A DNA stretch of 64,000 nucleotides from Candidatus Zestomicrobium tamdykulense (lineage in GTDB: Archaea; Thermoproteota; Thermoprotei_A; Sulfolobales; NBVN01): the NCBI GenBank assembly GCA_039889305.1, contig JAVVFV010000004.1, forward strand, positions 29,206 to 93,205, given 5' to 3'. The notes under the pieces were generated by a model that worked only from the letters and a program-made list of their open reading frames with translations, did no database searches and was not told where the DNA came from. The position numbers and the translations under genes are program-made. Within the stretch, counting starts at the first letter, position 1, and every line of letters begins with the position of its first letter. Positions 9,724 to 18,773 of the stretch are shown here, piece after piece.

Positions 9724-10525
9724 ACTGCATCACCTCCTCACACTTAAACGCTGGCCCGTCAACACACAGTAGTTTGTCTGTGTTAGGTAGTATACAGGAA
9801 CCACAAAGTCCAAGACCGCACTTAACTATAGTCTCTAAAACCACGTAGGTGTTGAGTCCTGAAGTGACTTCACATAGAGATTTAAGCATCCCTCTAGGAC
9901 CGACACCAATTACTAAGTCGTACTTATACTTACTTACTAGTTCTCTGGCTAGTTCCGAAGCCATCCCACAATAACCAATACTACAATCCTCTGTAGCTAT
10001 GTGGATATACTCAACACCACTCATTATGGAGCCTAAGTTAAAGAGCTCGCTTCTCTTCTTAACCCCCCAAACAACCTCAAACCTACATCCTCTATAAGCC
10101 AAGTACTTAGTTATGTACGGTGTTGGTGCAACGCCCGAACCTCCAACAACAAGCAGGGTGGAAGATCCTTCAACTATCTTGAGAGGCTTGCCTAAAGGGC
10201 CTTTAAGACCTAAGTAAGACCCTGAACCAAGCTTAGATAAAGCGTTGGTACCGACACCCTTAACCTCATAAATGAATGATATACCTTCCTCATCATAATC
10301 AGCTACACTCAACGGTATCTCATCAACTCCTGGTATCCAAACCATGAAAAATTGAGGCGGTTCAGGAGTTACTAAGCTATGCAGGGGCCTCACCTTAATC
10401 ATTCGGAACCTACTACTCAAGACATTATTGAAATAAACCTTAGCAGGCGTTACTGAGTATGTGTGCTTCTGCAAAGCTTCGTTACCCGGACACGAAAACC
10501 AATCCCTACCCACTGAACCCGCCAA
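9710..10525 (-). CDS. pyrK: Dihydroorotate dehydrogenase electron-transfer subunit
   Basis: QFFMVW, GPLG, GGSGVAP and KCGLGLCGSC...LLCVDGP [2Fe-2S] motif; directly upstream of pyrD. Confidence 0.92.
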   Translation of the reverse strand: MAGSVGRDWFSCPGNEALQKHTYSVTPAKVYFNNVLSSRFRMIKVRPLHSLVTPEPPQFFMVWIPGVDEIPLSVADYDEEGISFIYEVKGVGTNALSKLGSGSYLGLKGPLGKPLKIVEGSSTLLVVGGSGVAPTPYITKYLAYRGCRFEVVWGVKKRSELFNLGSIMSGVEYIHIATEDCSIGYCGMASELARELVSKYKYDLVIGVGPRGMLKSLCEVTSGLNTYVVLETIVKCGLGLCGSCILPNTDKLLCVDGPAFKCEEVMQYLRS

Positions 10526-10632
10526 TATATTGCGTGAGTGCTTATAAGTTTAGTGCTGATTTATCGAGGCAATGAAGTCGCTACGTAAAAATTAGGCTTA
10601 TTTAGGTGCTCTTGTTTAGGTAGTGAGATGAT

Positions 10633-11136
10633 ATGATGACCCAGCTCATTACTAGTATTTTCTTGGTTGTCTTGAGTGCGTTGACTCCTATATCAGAGGT
10701 TAGGGGCGCTATACCTTTAGCGTATCTACTTACCCAAGACGTAAGTACTAGGTGGTTGCTTGTTGTCTTAGCTGTTTTATGTAATTCTTTAGTTCCTTTC
10801 ATGGCTTTGAAAATACTTCAATTTCTGGAGAACATGTTACTGAGTTCTAGTAATAGATTAATGAAGATTGTTGCGCGCCTATATTCTCGATTGATGGATA
10901 ATGCTAGGGAAAAAGGGCATAAGTATTTGGGTAAGTGGGGTTATTTAGGTCTAGTAGTTTTTGTTGCGATACCTCTACCCCTAACAGGAGCTTGGACTGC
11001 CTCGCTGATCGCTCACATATTCGGTTTAAGTAGGTTGAGAGCCGCACTAGCTATAGTTATTGGGGTAGTGATAGCTTCCTCCATAGTCGTGTTAGCTTTG
11101 GAGGGAGTTATAGCTATAATAAACTTGTTATTATAG
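10633..11136 (+). CDS. Small multidrug export-family membrane protein (COG2426-like)
   Basis: PISEVRGAIP and FVAIPLPLTGAWTA motifs. Confidence 0.8.
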   Translation: MMTQLITSIFLVVLSALTPISEVRGAIPLAYLLTQDVSTRWLLVVLAVLCNSLVPFMALKILQFLENMLLSSSNRLMKIVARLYSRLMDNAREKGHKYLGKWGYLGLVVFVAIPLPLTGAWTASLIAHIFGLSRLRAALAIVIGVVIASSIVVLALEGVIAIINLLL

Positions 11137-11212
11137 ATTCTCATAAAGAATTAAAACACTATAAGAAAGACTTTATTAATTAGCTGAGTATAGTTACGTT
11201 TACTGGAGAGAG

Positions 11213-13543
11213 ATGCCTGTACTAAGGTTAGTGATTGAAGGTGTTGTTCAGGGGGTTGGCTTCAGACCTTTCATCCATAGGTTAGGGTTAAGACTAGGTG
11301 TGAAAGGTTATTTGAGAAACGTTGGTGGTTCAGAAGTTGAGGTTGTTGTTGAGGGTGATTACGAAACTCTCGCAAGATTCGTTAATAAGCTGGTAAGCGA
11401 GAAACCCCTCACAGCACGTGTTGAGGAGATAGAGATTGAAGTTCTGGATAATGCAGGCAATTTCAGGGACTTCGTTATACTGAGTAGTGATGTTAAAGCT
11501 ATAAAGAGATCTATGATACCTCCAGACTTCGCTATATGTGATGACTGCTTAAGAGAAGTTCTGAATCCTCTTGATAGGAGGTATAGGTATGCATTCAATT
11601 CGTGTGCTTGGTGCGGACCTAGATTCACAATGATATATAGGGTGCCATATGATAGGGAGAACACCTCCATGAGTAAATATAGGTTGTGTGATGAGTGTTC
11701 CAGAGAATATAGTGATGTTGAGGATTTGAGGAGGTATCACGCTCAGGGCATAAGCTGTCCTGAAGACGGTCCCAGACTCTGGCTAACAGATAATGCTGGA
11801 ACCTTAATTGAGTCTAAAGACCCTATTAAGGAAGCGTCTAGACTTATTGAGGAGGGCGCTATAGTAGCTATTAAGGGGATTGGCGGGTACCACATAGCTT
11901 CTCTAGCTACTGATGACGACGTAGTCCTTAAGTTAAGGAAGAGGAAGGAGAGACCTACTAAGCCTTTTGCTATCATGGGGCTCGACACGCAGGTTTTGAG
12001 AGACATAGTAGTGATTAACGAGAAAGCTGAGGAACTACTTAGATCGCCTGAGAGACCTATTGTTTTGCTTCCTAAGAAGGAAGGTTCACGAGTTTCTAAG
12101 TATGTCTCACCGAACATGAATGTTGAGGGTGTATTTACGGCTTACACAGCACTACATTACCTACTACTTCTCGACACAAGTGATAAGTTCCTTATAATGA
12201 CTAGCGGTAACCCCAGAGGACAACCTATGTGTGTTAGTGAGGAATGTGTTTACGGTAAACTCAATAAAGTAGTTGATTATGTGTTAACTCATGATAGGGA
12301 AATAGTTAATAGAGCTGATGACTCAGTAGTACGATTCACTAACGAGAAACCAGTACTACTTAGGAGGGGTAGGGGGTACGCCCCTACCTGGATTAAGATA
12401 GGCAGCAAACTACCTAAGAACGTGATTGCTTTCGGGGCTGAGCTACAGTCAGCTGGTGCTGTAGGTTTCGAGGATAAGGTCGTATTAACCCAATATATAG
12501 GTGATGCTGACGACCTCGACACGCTTGAGGATCTCTCAAAATACCTTAGGTTCCTCATAAATAATTATAGGGTGGACGTAAGCAAATCTGTTGTCGTTAT
12601 AGATAAGCACCCGTACTACAACTCAAGTCGTTTGGGGAGATTCTACGCGCTAGATCAGGGTCTTGAGTTGCTTGAGGTACAACATCATTACGCTCACGCT
12701 CTAGCTACTATGGCTGACCAGAAAATACTTGGAAGACCTACCATAGCTGTAGTGATGGATGGGGTGGGTTACGGCGATGATGGGGCTATTTGGGGTGGTG
12801 AGGTCTTAGTTATACGTGAGGATTTAAGTTACGCTAGGGTGGGTTCTCTCTCATATTTGCCCTTCGTAGGTGACGAATCTACTTATAGGCCAGCTAGGTA
12901 CCTGGCCTCAAGCCTCCTCACTTTCATGGGTCCTGAGGAAGTTAAGGAAGTAGCTCTTAAGCTAGGTTTTGAGAGAGGGCTTAGAGGTCTTGATGAGATA
13001 GATATGCTGCATACTCTAGTCAGACACGGCGATTATGTGAGGTCTTCATCTACTGGAAGATTCCTGGATGCTGTTTCCGCACTACTAGGTGTGTGTTACG
13101 TGAGAACATATGAGGGTGAGCCAGCCATAACGTTAGAGGCGTTCTCACGCGGTGGTGAAGTCATTAAAGACTTAGTTGAGGACTTTAAAGTTTCTTATTC
13201 TGATGGTGCGTACGTAATTGATTTAGTTGAGTTCTTGAGTAGAACTATTGAGGTTTTAATGAATGCTGATCTGAAGGCGCGTGTGAAGGTCAGTGTAGGA
13301 CGTACTAGTCAGTACGGGTTAGGACTTGCTTTAGGTAGAGTAGTAGTTAAGGTGATAGATAGTGGGTATTTCGAGCCTGACTTCATCGTTTTGGGTGGGG
13401 GCGCAGCAGTAAATGATTTCTTGGTGAGCGGGATTAAAGACTCCCTAAAAGAGCTTAAGATACCTATACTCTTGCCTGAGAAGGTTCCTCTAAATGATGG
13501 TGGGATAGCTCTTGGTCAGGTTGTTTCTATTTTATCAACTTAA
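11213..13543 (+). CDS. hypF: Carbamoyltransferase HypF
   Basis: GVVQGVGFRPF acylphosphatase domain, two CxxC zinc fingers, KGIGGYH, QHHYAH, DGVGYGDDG and NDGGIALGQ. Confidence 0.97.
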   Translation: MPVLRLVIEGVVQGVGFRPFIHRLGLRLGVKGYLRNVGGSEVEVVVEGDYETLARFVNKLVSEKPLTARVEEIEIEVLDNAGNFRDFVILSSDVKAIKRSMIPPDFAICDDCLREVLNPLDRRYRYAFNSCAWCGPRFTMIYRVPYDRENTSMSKYRLCDECSREYSDVEDLRRYHAQGISCPEDGPRLWLTDNAGTLIESKDPIKEASRLIEEGAIVAIKGIGGYHIASLATDDDVVLKLRKRKERPTKPFAIMGLDTQVLRDIVVINEKAEELLRSPERPIVLLPKKEGSRVSKYVSPNMNVEGVFTAYTALHYLLLLDTSDKFLIMTSGNPRGQPMCVSEECVYGKLNKVVDYVLTHDREIVNRADDSVVRFTNEKPVLLRRGRGYAPTWIKIGSKLPKNVIAFGAELQSAGAVGFEDKVVLTQYIGDADDLDTLEDLSKYLRFLINNYRVDVSKSVVVIDKHPYYNSSRLGRFYALDQGLELLEVQHHYAHALATMADQKILGRPTIAVVMDGVGYGDDGAIWGGEVLVIREDLSYARVGSLSYLPFVGDESTYRPARYLASSLLTFMGPEEVKEVALKLGFERGLRGLDEIDMLHTLVRHGDYVRSSSTGRFLDAVSALLGVCYVRTYEGEPAITLEAFSRGGEVIKDLVEDFKVSYSDGAYVIDLVEFLSRTIEVLMNADLKARVKVSVGRTSQYGLGLALGRVVVKVIDSGYFEPDFIVLGGGAAVNDFLVSGIKDSLKELKIPILLPEKVPLNDGGIALGQVVSILST

Positions 13544-13565
13544 GCAATCAGTAACTCAAAATATT

Positions 13566-13608
13566 TTTTAAGCTGTTCCATATTTATGTGTTCGGGATTA
13601 GGGAGGTG
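13566..13608 (+). promoter_or_regulatory. Putative TATA box (TTTTAAG) and Shine-Dalgarno (GGAGGTG, 13602-13608) upstream of the MBH operon
   Basis: Motif and spacing to ATG 13617; TSS not known. Confidence 0.4.
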
Positions 13609-13616
13609 CTAAGCAA

Positions 13617-14060
13617 ATGGAGAGAGTTAAAATAATTAAATACTCACCATGGCTAGTACACTTCAATACTGGTGCGTGCAATGGTTGTGATATTGAGGTT
13701 CTTGCCTCAATAACACCGCACTACGACCCGGAGAGGTTTGGGGTTAAGCTTGCTCCCTCCGTGAGGCATGGTGACGTATTGGTCGTCACGGGAGCTGTAA
13801 CGAAGAAGGCTGCTGAAAGACTTAAGAGGCTCTACGAGCAAATGCCTGACCCAAAGTTTGTTGTTGCTGTGGGGGCTTGCGCTCTTAGTGGTGGGGTTTT
13901 TCAAGGTTCTTACTCAGTCGTGGGTGGAGCTGATAAGGTAGTTAAGGTTGATGTCTACGTGCCTGGATGCCCGCCTAGACCGGAAGCCATACTTGAGGGC
14001 ATCATTAAGCTACTTAAGAAGTTAGAGGGAGGTAACGGTGATGGATCTAAATCTGGTTGA
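13617..14060 (+). CDS. mbhJ: MBH [NiFe]-hydrogenase small subunit (NuoB-like)
   Basis: CNGCDIE, GACALSGG and PGCPPRPE. Confidence 0.93.
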   Translation: MERVKIIKYSPWLVHFNTGACNGCDIEVLASITPHYDPERFGVKLAPSVRHGDVLVVTGAVTKKAAERLKRLYEQMPDPKFVVAVGACALSGGVFQGSYSVVGGADKVVKVDVYVPGCPPRPEAILEGIIKLLKKLEGGNGDGSKSG

Positions 14061-14487
14061 TTTTCTTAAGGAGTACGTGATTAACTCTTACACTATGAAA
14101 CCTAACAGAGTAGTTATTGAGGTGGAGGCAAGTAAGCTTAGGGAGGTATTCAGTAAATTAGCTGAGACTCTGGGTAGAGCAGCTTTCTACCTAGCAACCA
14201 TAGAAGGCACGGACTTTCCTGAGAAAAACCTTATACGTATTGATTATTTCGTTAATGTGTTCAGGTACAACACATACCTAGTTATTCGAGCTTACCTGTC
14301 TAGAGAAAACCCTATCATACAGTCAGTGATTGACTTAGTTCCGGGTGCTCTGGCAGGCGAGTTAGAGACTCATGACTTCCTAGGAATAATATTTGATGGG
14401 AACAGCTACTTGAGGAGATCTTTCTTTGTTCCTGCGGATGTTTCGTCTAAAGATATCTACCCGCTAAGAAAAGATTCGGGTGTTTGA
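14038..14487 (+). CDS. mbhK: MBH NuoC-like subunit
   Basis: ELETHDFLGIIFDG...YPLRKD NuoC signature. Confidence 0.88.
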   Translation: MMDLNLVDFLKEYVINSYTMKPNRVVIEVEASKLREVFSKLAETLGRAAFYLATIEGTDFPEKNLIRIDYFVNVFRYNTYLVIRAYLSRENPIIQSVIDLVPGALAGELETHDFLGIIFDGNSYLRRSFFVPADVSSKDIYPLRKDSGV

Positions 14488-15682
14488 GATGGTTGAAGCT
14501 ACACACCTGATCGAGATACCTTTAGCTGTTGAGATACCTGTAGGTCCTCAACATCCAGCGTTACACGAACCTCTATTGCTGAAGCTTTACGCTGACGGAG
14601 AAAGAGTAATTAAGGTTGATGTTATAACAGGCTATAATCATAGAGGTATAGAAAAGCTAACCGAGAAGAACACTTTTTATAGGGACATATTCATAGTTGG
14701 GCGTGTATGCGGTATATGTAATACGGTTCACACTAACTGTTACGTGAGAGCTCTCGAGTACATACTTGACGTAGATCCATCACCCAGAGCTAAGTACTTG
14801 AGAGTTCTCGCGATGGAGTTAGAGAGGATTCACAGCCACATGCTCATACTAGCCGTAACAGCCGAGCTCGCTGGATACGAAACTTTATTCATGTACTTGA
14901 TGAAGGATAGGGAATACGTGATGAAATCTAAGGAGATACTGACTGGGCAGAGAGTAATGAGTGATTATATAATGGTTGGTGGTGTTAGGAGGGACATAGA
15001 TGAGGTAAAGACTTCTAGAATATTGAGTATTATTGAAAGAGTTGAGGAGAGAGTAAAACATTATCATAAGGTTTTTCAGAAGGACGTGACAATCAATAAG
15101 AGACTGAGGGATGCGGGCAGGATAAAGCCTGAAGAAGCCCTAGCGCATTCCTTAGTAGGGCCTGTGGTTAGGGGTTCTGGTATAAAAACAGATGCGAGAA
15201 TTCAGGATAAGTATGATGCTTACGGTGAGATACCGTTCAATGTTATTACAGAGGATTATGGTGATAGCTATGCGAGAGCTATGGTAAGGTTCGGAGAGCT
15301 CTACGAATCTATAAACATGGTGAAATACATCTTAACGCACTTACCTCAAGGCAATCCAGTACCTGACGAGAGAAAACTACCTAGAAGATTCCCGGCTGGT
15401 GAGTCTTACGCGACTGTTGAGGCTCCTAGAGGTGAATTAACATATTACGTCAGTAGTTCCGGTGGTGATAAGCCGTATAGAGTTAAGATAAGAACCCCGT
15501 CACTAAACAACATAGTTAATTCTGCTTTTGCTTACGTTGATCAGATGATAGCTGACGTACCTATTATTTTAGGGAGTTTTGATCCCTGCATATCCTGCAT
15601 GGAGAGAGCAGTGATCACGGATCTAAGAAGAGGTGTTAAGTATCAAGTGTCTCTGAAGGATTTAGGAGGTGCTAGGAAGTGA
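14480..15682 (+). CDS. mbhL: Group 4 [NiFe]-hydrogenase large subunit
   Basis: GPQHP, RVCGIC and DPCISCMER (all four Ni-Fe Cys), plus a C-terminal extension after the Arg. Confidence 0.95.
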   Translation: MFEMVEATHLIEIPLAVEIPVGPQHPALHEPLLLKLYADGERVIKVDVITGYNHRGIEKLTEKNTFYRDIFIVGRVCGICNTVHTNCYVRALEYILDVDPSPRAKYLRVLAMELERIHSHMLILAVTAELAGYETLFMYLMKDREYVMKSKEILTGQRVMSDYIMVGGVRRDIDEVKTSRILSIIERVEERVKHYHKVFQKDVTINKRLRDAGRIKPEEALAHSLVGPVVRGSGIKTDARIQDKYDAYGEIPFNVITEDYGDSYARAMVRFGELYESINMVKYILTHLPQGNPVPDERKLPRRFPAGESYATVEAPRGELTYYVSSSGGDKPYRVKIRTPSLNNIVNSAFAYVDQMIADVPIILGSFDPCISCMERAVITDLRRGVKYQVSLKDLGGARK

Positions 15683-16077
15683 AGCCAACTCTGATTAAGG
15701 AGGTTATTAAGGGGATATTCGTTAAGCCAGTGACTATACAATATCCTAAAGAACAAACACCTATAGAGCCAGATTTTAGAGGGAGGCAATACGCAGATCT
15801 GAAGAAGTGTATTGGTTGTTCTCTCTGTGCTATAGAGTGTCCTGCAAACGCTATAACGATGGTTAAAATCCCTGATGAGTATGCAGCGCCTAAAACCAAT
15901 GCTAGGAGGATATACCCAGTAATCAATTACTTCAGGTGTGTTTTTTGTTACAGGTGTGTTACCGTGTGTCCTGTAAATGCGTATTTAGTCACTAACGAGT
16001 ACAGACTTGCTTCTTCAGCTCCTATAGAATCTAGTGAGCTTTCCTTATCAACCACTACTAAGGCTGGTGGTGTTTAA
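15679..16077 (+). CDS. mbhN: MBH 2x[4Fe-4S] subunit (NuoI-like)
   Basis: CIGCSLCAIECP and CVFCYRCVTVCP. Confidence 0.92.
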   Translation: MKPTLIKEVIKGIFVKPVTIQYPKEQTPIEPDFRGRQYADLKKCIGCSLCAIECPANAITMVKIPDEYAAPKTNARRIYPVINYFRCVFCYRCVTVCPVNAYLVTNEYRLASSAPIESSELSLSTTTKAGGV

Positions 16078-16358
16078 TGAATCCTGAACCATACTTACTA
16101 GTAGTCTTCTGGGCACTACCTATCTACTTAGTAGCTTTTGTGTTGTACTCAGTGAGAGCTGTTAAAGGACCTACAATACCTGACAGCGTGTTAGCTATAG
16201 ACTCTATGAGTTATGATTTAGCAGCTTTCATGACTATCTTAAGTATACTTTTCCGCTCCTTCATCTTAATAGTTGTAGCTATAGTCTTGGCTTTATGGGT
16301 ATTCGCTCTAGATATTTACGTGGCTAAGTATCTTGAGTCTAGAGAGATGGGTGAGTAA
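16077..16358 (+). CDS. mbhB: MrpF/MnhF-like subunit
   Basis: KGPTIPDSVLAIDS, three TM helices. Confidence 0.85.
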   Translation: MNPEPYLLVVFWALPIYLVAFVLYSVRAVKGPTIPDSVLAIDSMSYDLAAFMTILSILFRSFILIVVAIVLALWVFALDIYVAKYLESREMGE

Positions 16359-16360
16359 TT

Positions 16361-16750
16361 ATGGTAGAGGAACTTATTAATGAAATATTAATGGTTGTAG
16401 GAACTTTAATGATAGTAGTAGGAGCTGTAGCAGATCTTATAGGGTCTATAGGACTACTAAGATTCCCTAACTTTTTTGTGAGGCTACATGCAGCTACCGT
16501 AGGAACTATATGGGGTGCTTTCGTCCCGCTAATAGGAGCTGCTCTCTTCGCTGCCGGTTACGTTGAGTTAGGAACATATAGATGGTTTGTTGCGGAGGGA
16601 GCAATAGTGACTGCTCTACTGATACTGCTTTTAGGCCCTGTAGGCTCTCACGCACTAGCCAGAGCCTCCTACAGGTCTAAAGCAGCAGTTCCTTACCCGT
16701 TAATTCACGATGCTTTGAAAGAGAAGTTTAGAGAAGGTGAGGAGAAATGA
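16361..16750 (+). CDS. mbhC: MrpG/MnhG-like subunit
   Basis: RFPNFFVRLHAAT and SHALARA. Confidence 0.88.
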   Translation: MVEELINEILMVVGTLMIVVGAVADLIGSIGLLRFPNFFVRLHAATVGTIWGAFVPLIGAALFAAGYVELGTYRWFVAEGAIVTALLILLLGPVGSHALARASYRSKAAVPYPLIHDALKEKFREGEEK

Positions 16751-17037
16751 TTGAATTAAACACGTTGACTTACTTACTCATGGCTGTAGGAGGAGTTATA
16801 TCGCTTACCGCAACATATTTGGCTGTTCTAGAAAGTAACTTAATTAAGGCAGTAGTTTTTTCCGCGTTACAAAGTACTGTATACGTTGTACTTTTCTATC
16901 TGCTCATGGCTCCTGACATAGCGTTAGTTTATATACCAGTATCTGTGGGTTTGTATCCCGCAGTAATTCTTTTTCTGACAAAGAAGACTGAAAAAGTTGA
17001 GAGTGATTCGAAAGAGGTGTTAGCAAGTGAGGATTAA
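16747..17037 (+). CDS. mbhD: MbhD (DUF4040-like) membrane subunit
   Basis: LMAPDIAL motif, three TM helices, operon position. Confidence 0.8.
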   Translation: MIELNTLTYLLMAVGGVISLTATYLAVLESNLIKAVVFSALQSTVYVVLFYLLMAPDIALVYIPVSVGLYPAVILFLTKKTEKVESDSKEVLASED

Positions 17038-17860
17038 AAAACTCTTGGTGTTAAGCAGCTTAGTATTGTTTGTTCTCATGTTCTCATTAGCGTTTACTAG
17101 AGGTGCTTTAGGTTATTATCCACTCCCACTACCTGGTATTAGGATGTTAGCTTCCTGGTATCTCTATACGACACTGAACCCGCAGTACACGAAGTTCACA
17201 GCTATGAGTCCTGAAGCAGTCGCGGCTATACTCTGGGATTATAGAGGTCTTGACACACTATTCGAAACTGCTGTTTTCTTTCTAGCTATAGTTAGTGCAT
17301 TAACTTTAATGAGAGGTATAACGCTTAAGAGTGTCTTAGACTATGCAAGCAATAAAGACGGTAATTATGGGTTAAGCCTAATAAGTAAGACTGCAGCTAA
17401 ATTATTAACACCACTAATAATCGTAGTAAGTGCTTCTATACTTTACGAACACCTACTACCTGGAGGAGGATTTCAAGGAGGTTCTGCTGCGGCAGTAGCT
17501 CCACTCTTAGTCCTAGTGATTTTCTCAGTATATTTCTTACTCAGTAAGGGTGTTTCCGAGAAACCCATGCTTATGTTAATAACTGCAGGTCTTATAGGAA
17601 TATACTTAACCGCTCTAGCAGCGGTCTTTATAGGTCTGCTCACAGGACTTAACGCTTACGTTTTTCAGAACCAACCTAAATTTGACGCACCAGTAGGTTT
17701 GCCAGCCAAAATCTCAGACACATTAATAAGTGGTTCACTACTCTTCTTTAATATTTTCGAGTATCTGGCGGTGGCTGGTGGGTTTACTCTGGTTTTTATA
17801 TTACTCTCCGTGCCTGAGGAGGTAGTCAAGAGTTTTATTAGTGGTGAGACATATGAATGA
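17027..17860 (+). CDS. mbhE/F: MrpB/MnhB-like subunit (MbhE+MbhF fused)
   Basis: WDYRGLDTLFE (E part) and HLLPGGGFQGG (F part). Confidence 0.87.
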   Translation: MRIKKLLVLSSLVLFVLMFSLAFTRGALGYYPLPLPGIRMLASWYLYTTLNPQYTKFTAMSPEAVAAILWDYRGLDTLFETAVFFLAIVSALTLMRGITLKSVLDYASNKDGNYGLSLISKTAAKLLTPLIIVVSASILYEHLLPGGGFQGGSAAAVAPLLVLVIFSVYFLLSKGVSEKPMLMLITAGLIGIYLTALAAVFIGLLTGLNAYVFQNQPKFDAPVGLPAKISDTLISGSLLFFNIFEYLAVAGGFTLVFILLSVPEEVVKSFISGETYE

Positions 17861-18260
17861 ATTAAACACTTTCTTATTTAATATCTTGCTGTTTAGTCTT
17901 TTCTTTAATGTAGGCATATCACTATACGGCATCTTCGTAAGACCAAGTCTAATAAAGAAGATAATCTCCTTAACAATATTCGCAGATACTGCTAATATCC
18001 TAGCTATAGTTGTGGGTTATAGGAGGTGGCCATCACCAGAACAACCACCTATATCCCCAATTATAACTAGCACCGAACCAACGAGCGAGGACCTAATACA
18101 ATTCATCAACAGAGCTGTAGACCCACTACCTCAAGCACTAGTTTTAACAGCCATAGTTATAGGTCTTGCTGTCACACTATTCTTAGTCTTCCTCACACTA
18201 CAAGTCTACAGGCTCTACGGAACAACAGATGTTAGGAAGATAGCTAAGTTAAGGGGGTGA
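17853..18260 (+). CDS. mbhG: MrpC/MnhC-like subunit
   Basis: DPLPQALVLTAIVIG; ATG 17853 after GGTGA. Confidence 0.9.
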   Translation: MNELNTFLFNILLFSLFFNVGISLYGIFVRPSLIKKIISLTIFADTANILAIVVGYRRWPSPEQPPISPIITSTEPTSEDLIQFINRAVDPLPQALVLTAIVIGLAVTLFLVFLTLQVYRLYGTTDVRKIAKLRG

Positions 18261-18266
18261 CTCAGG

Positions 18267-18761
18267 TTGAGGTTTGCAGGTAAGGTTTTGGGTGTTTTCT
18301 TCATGGTTTTTATAGTTTATGTAGTGTTTTCCGGGTCTGTATCAGTTACTGGAGTCATAGTAGCTTTAGTAACATCATTAATAACTGCTAACCTCGTTAT
18401 AAGTAATCCCGGCAAGTTAATTCAGGTAAGGAGGTTTGGCTGGCTCCTCGCATACTCTGTAAGGTATTTCTTCGTGGATGAGGTTAAGGCACACTTAGAC
18501 GTGATGAAGAGGATACTACACCCTAAAATGCCCATAAATCCAGGCATAGTTAAGATCCCGTACGAAGTCGTAAGCGACTACGCTATGCTGACCATAGCCA
18601 ACTCAATAACTAACACTCCCGGTACTGTAGTAGTTGAGGTATTCCCTGAAGAGAAAGCTTTCTACGTTCACTGGATAAACGCAGTCGCGACAGAACCTAC
18701 TGAGGTGAGGAAGCGTGTCTCAGAAGTTTTTGAGAGATTCGCTAAAAGAATTTTTGATTGA
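18267..18761 (+). CDS. mbhA: MrpE/MnhE-like subunit
   Basis: INPGIVKIP and ANSITNTPGT. Confidence 0.9.
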   Translation: MRFAGKVLGVFFMVFIVYVVFSGSVSVTGVIVALVTSLITANLVISNPGKLIQVRRFGWLLAYSVRYFFVDEVKAHLDVMKRILHPKMPINPGIVKIPYEVVSDYAMLTIANSITNTPGTVVVEVFPEEKAFYVHWINAVATEPTEVRKRVSEVFERFAKRIFD

Positions 18762-18773
18762 GGTGGTGAGGTA

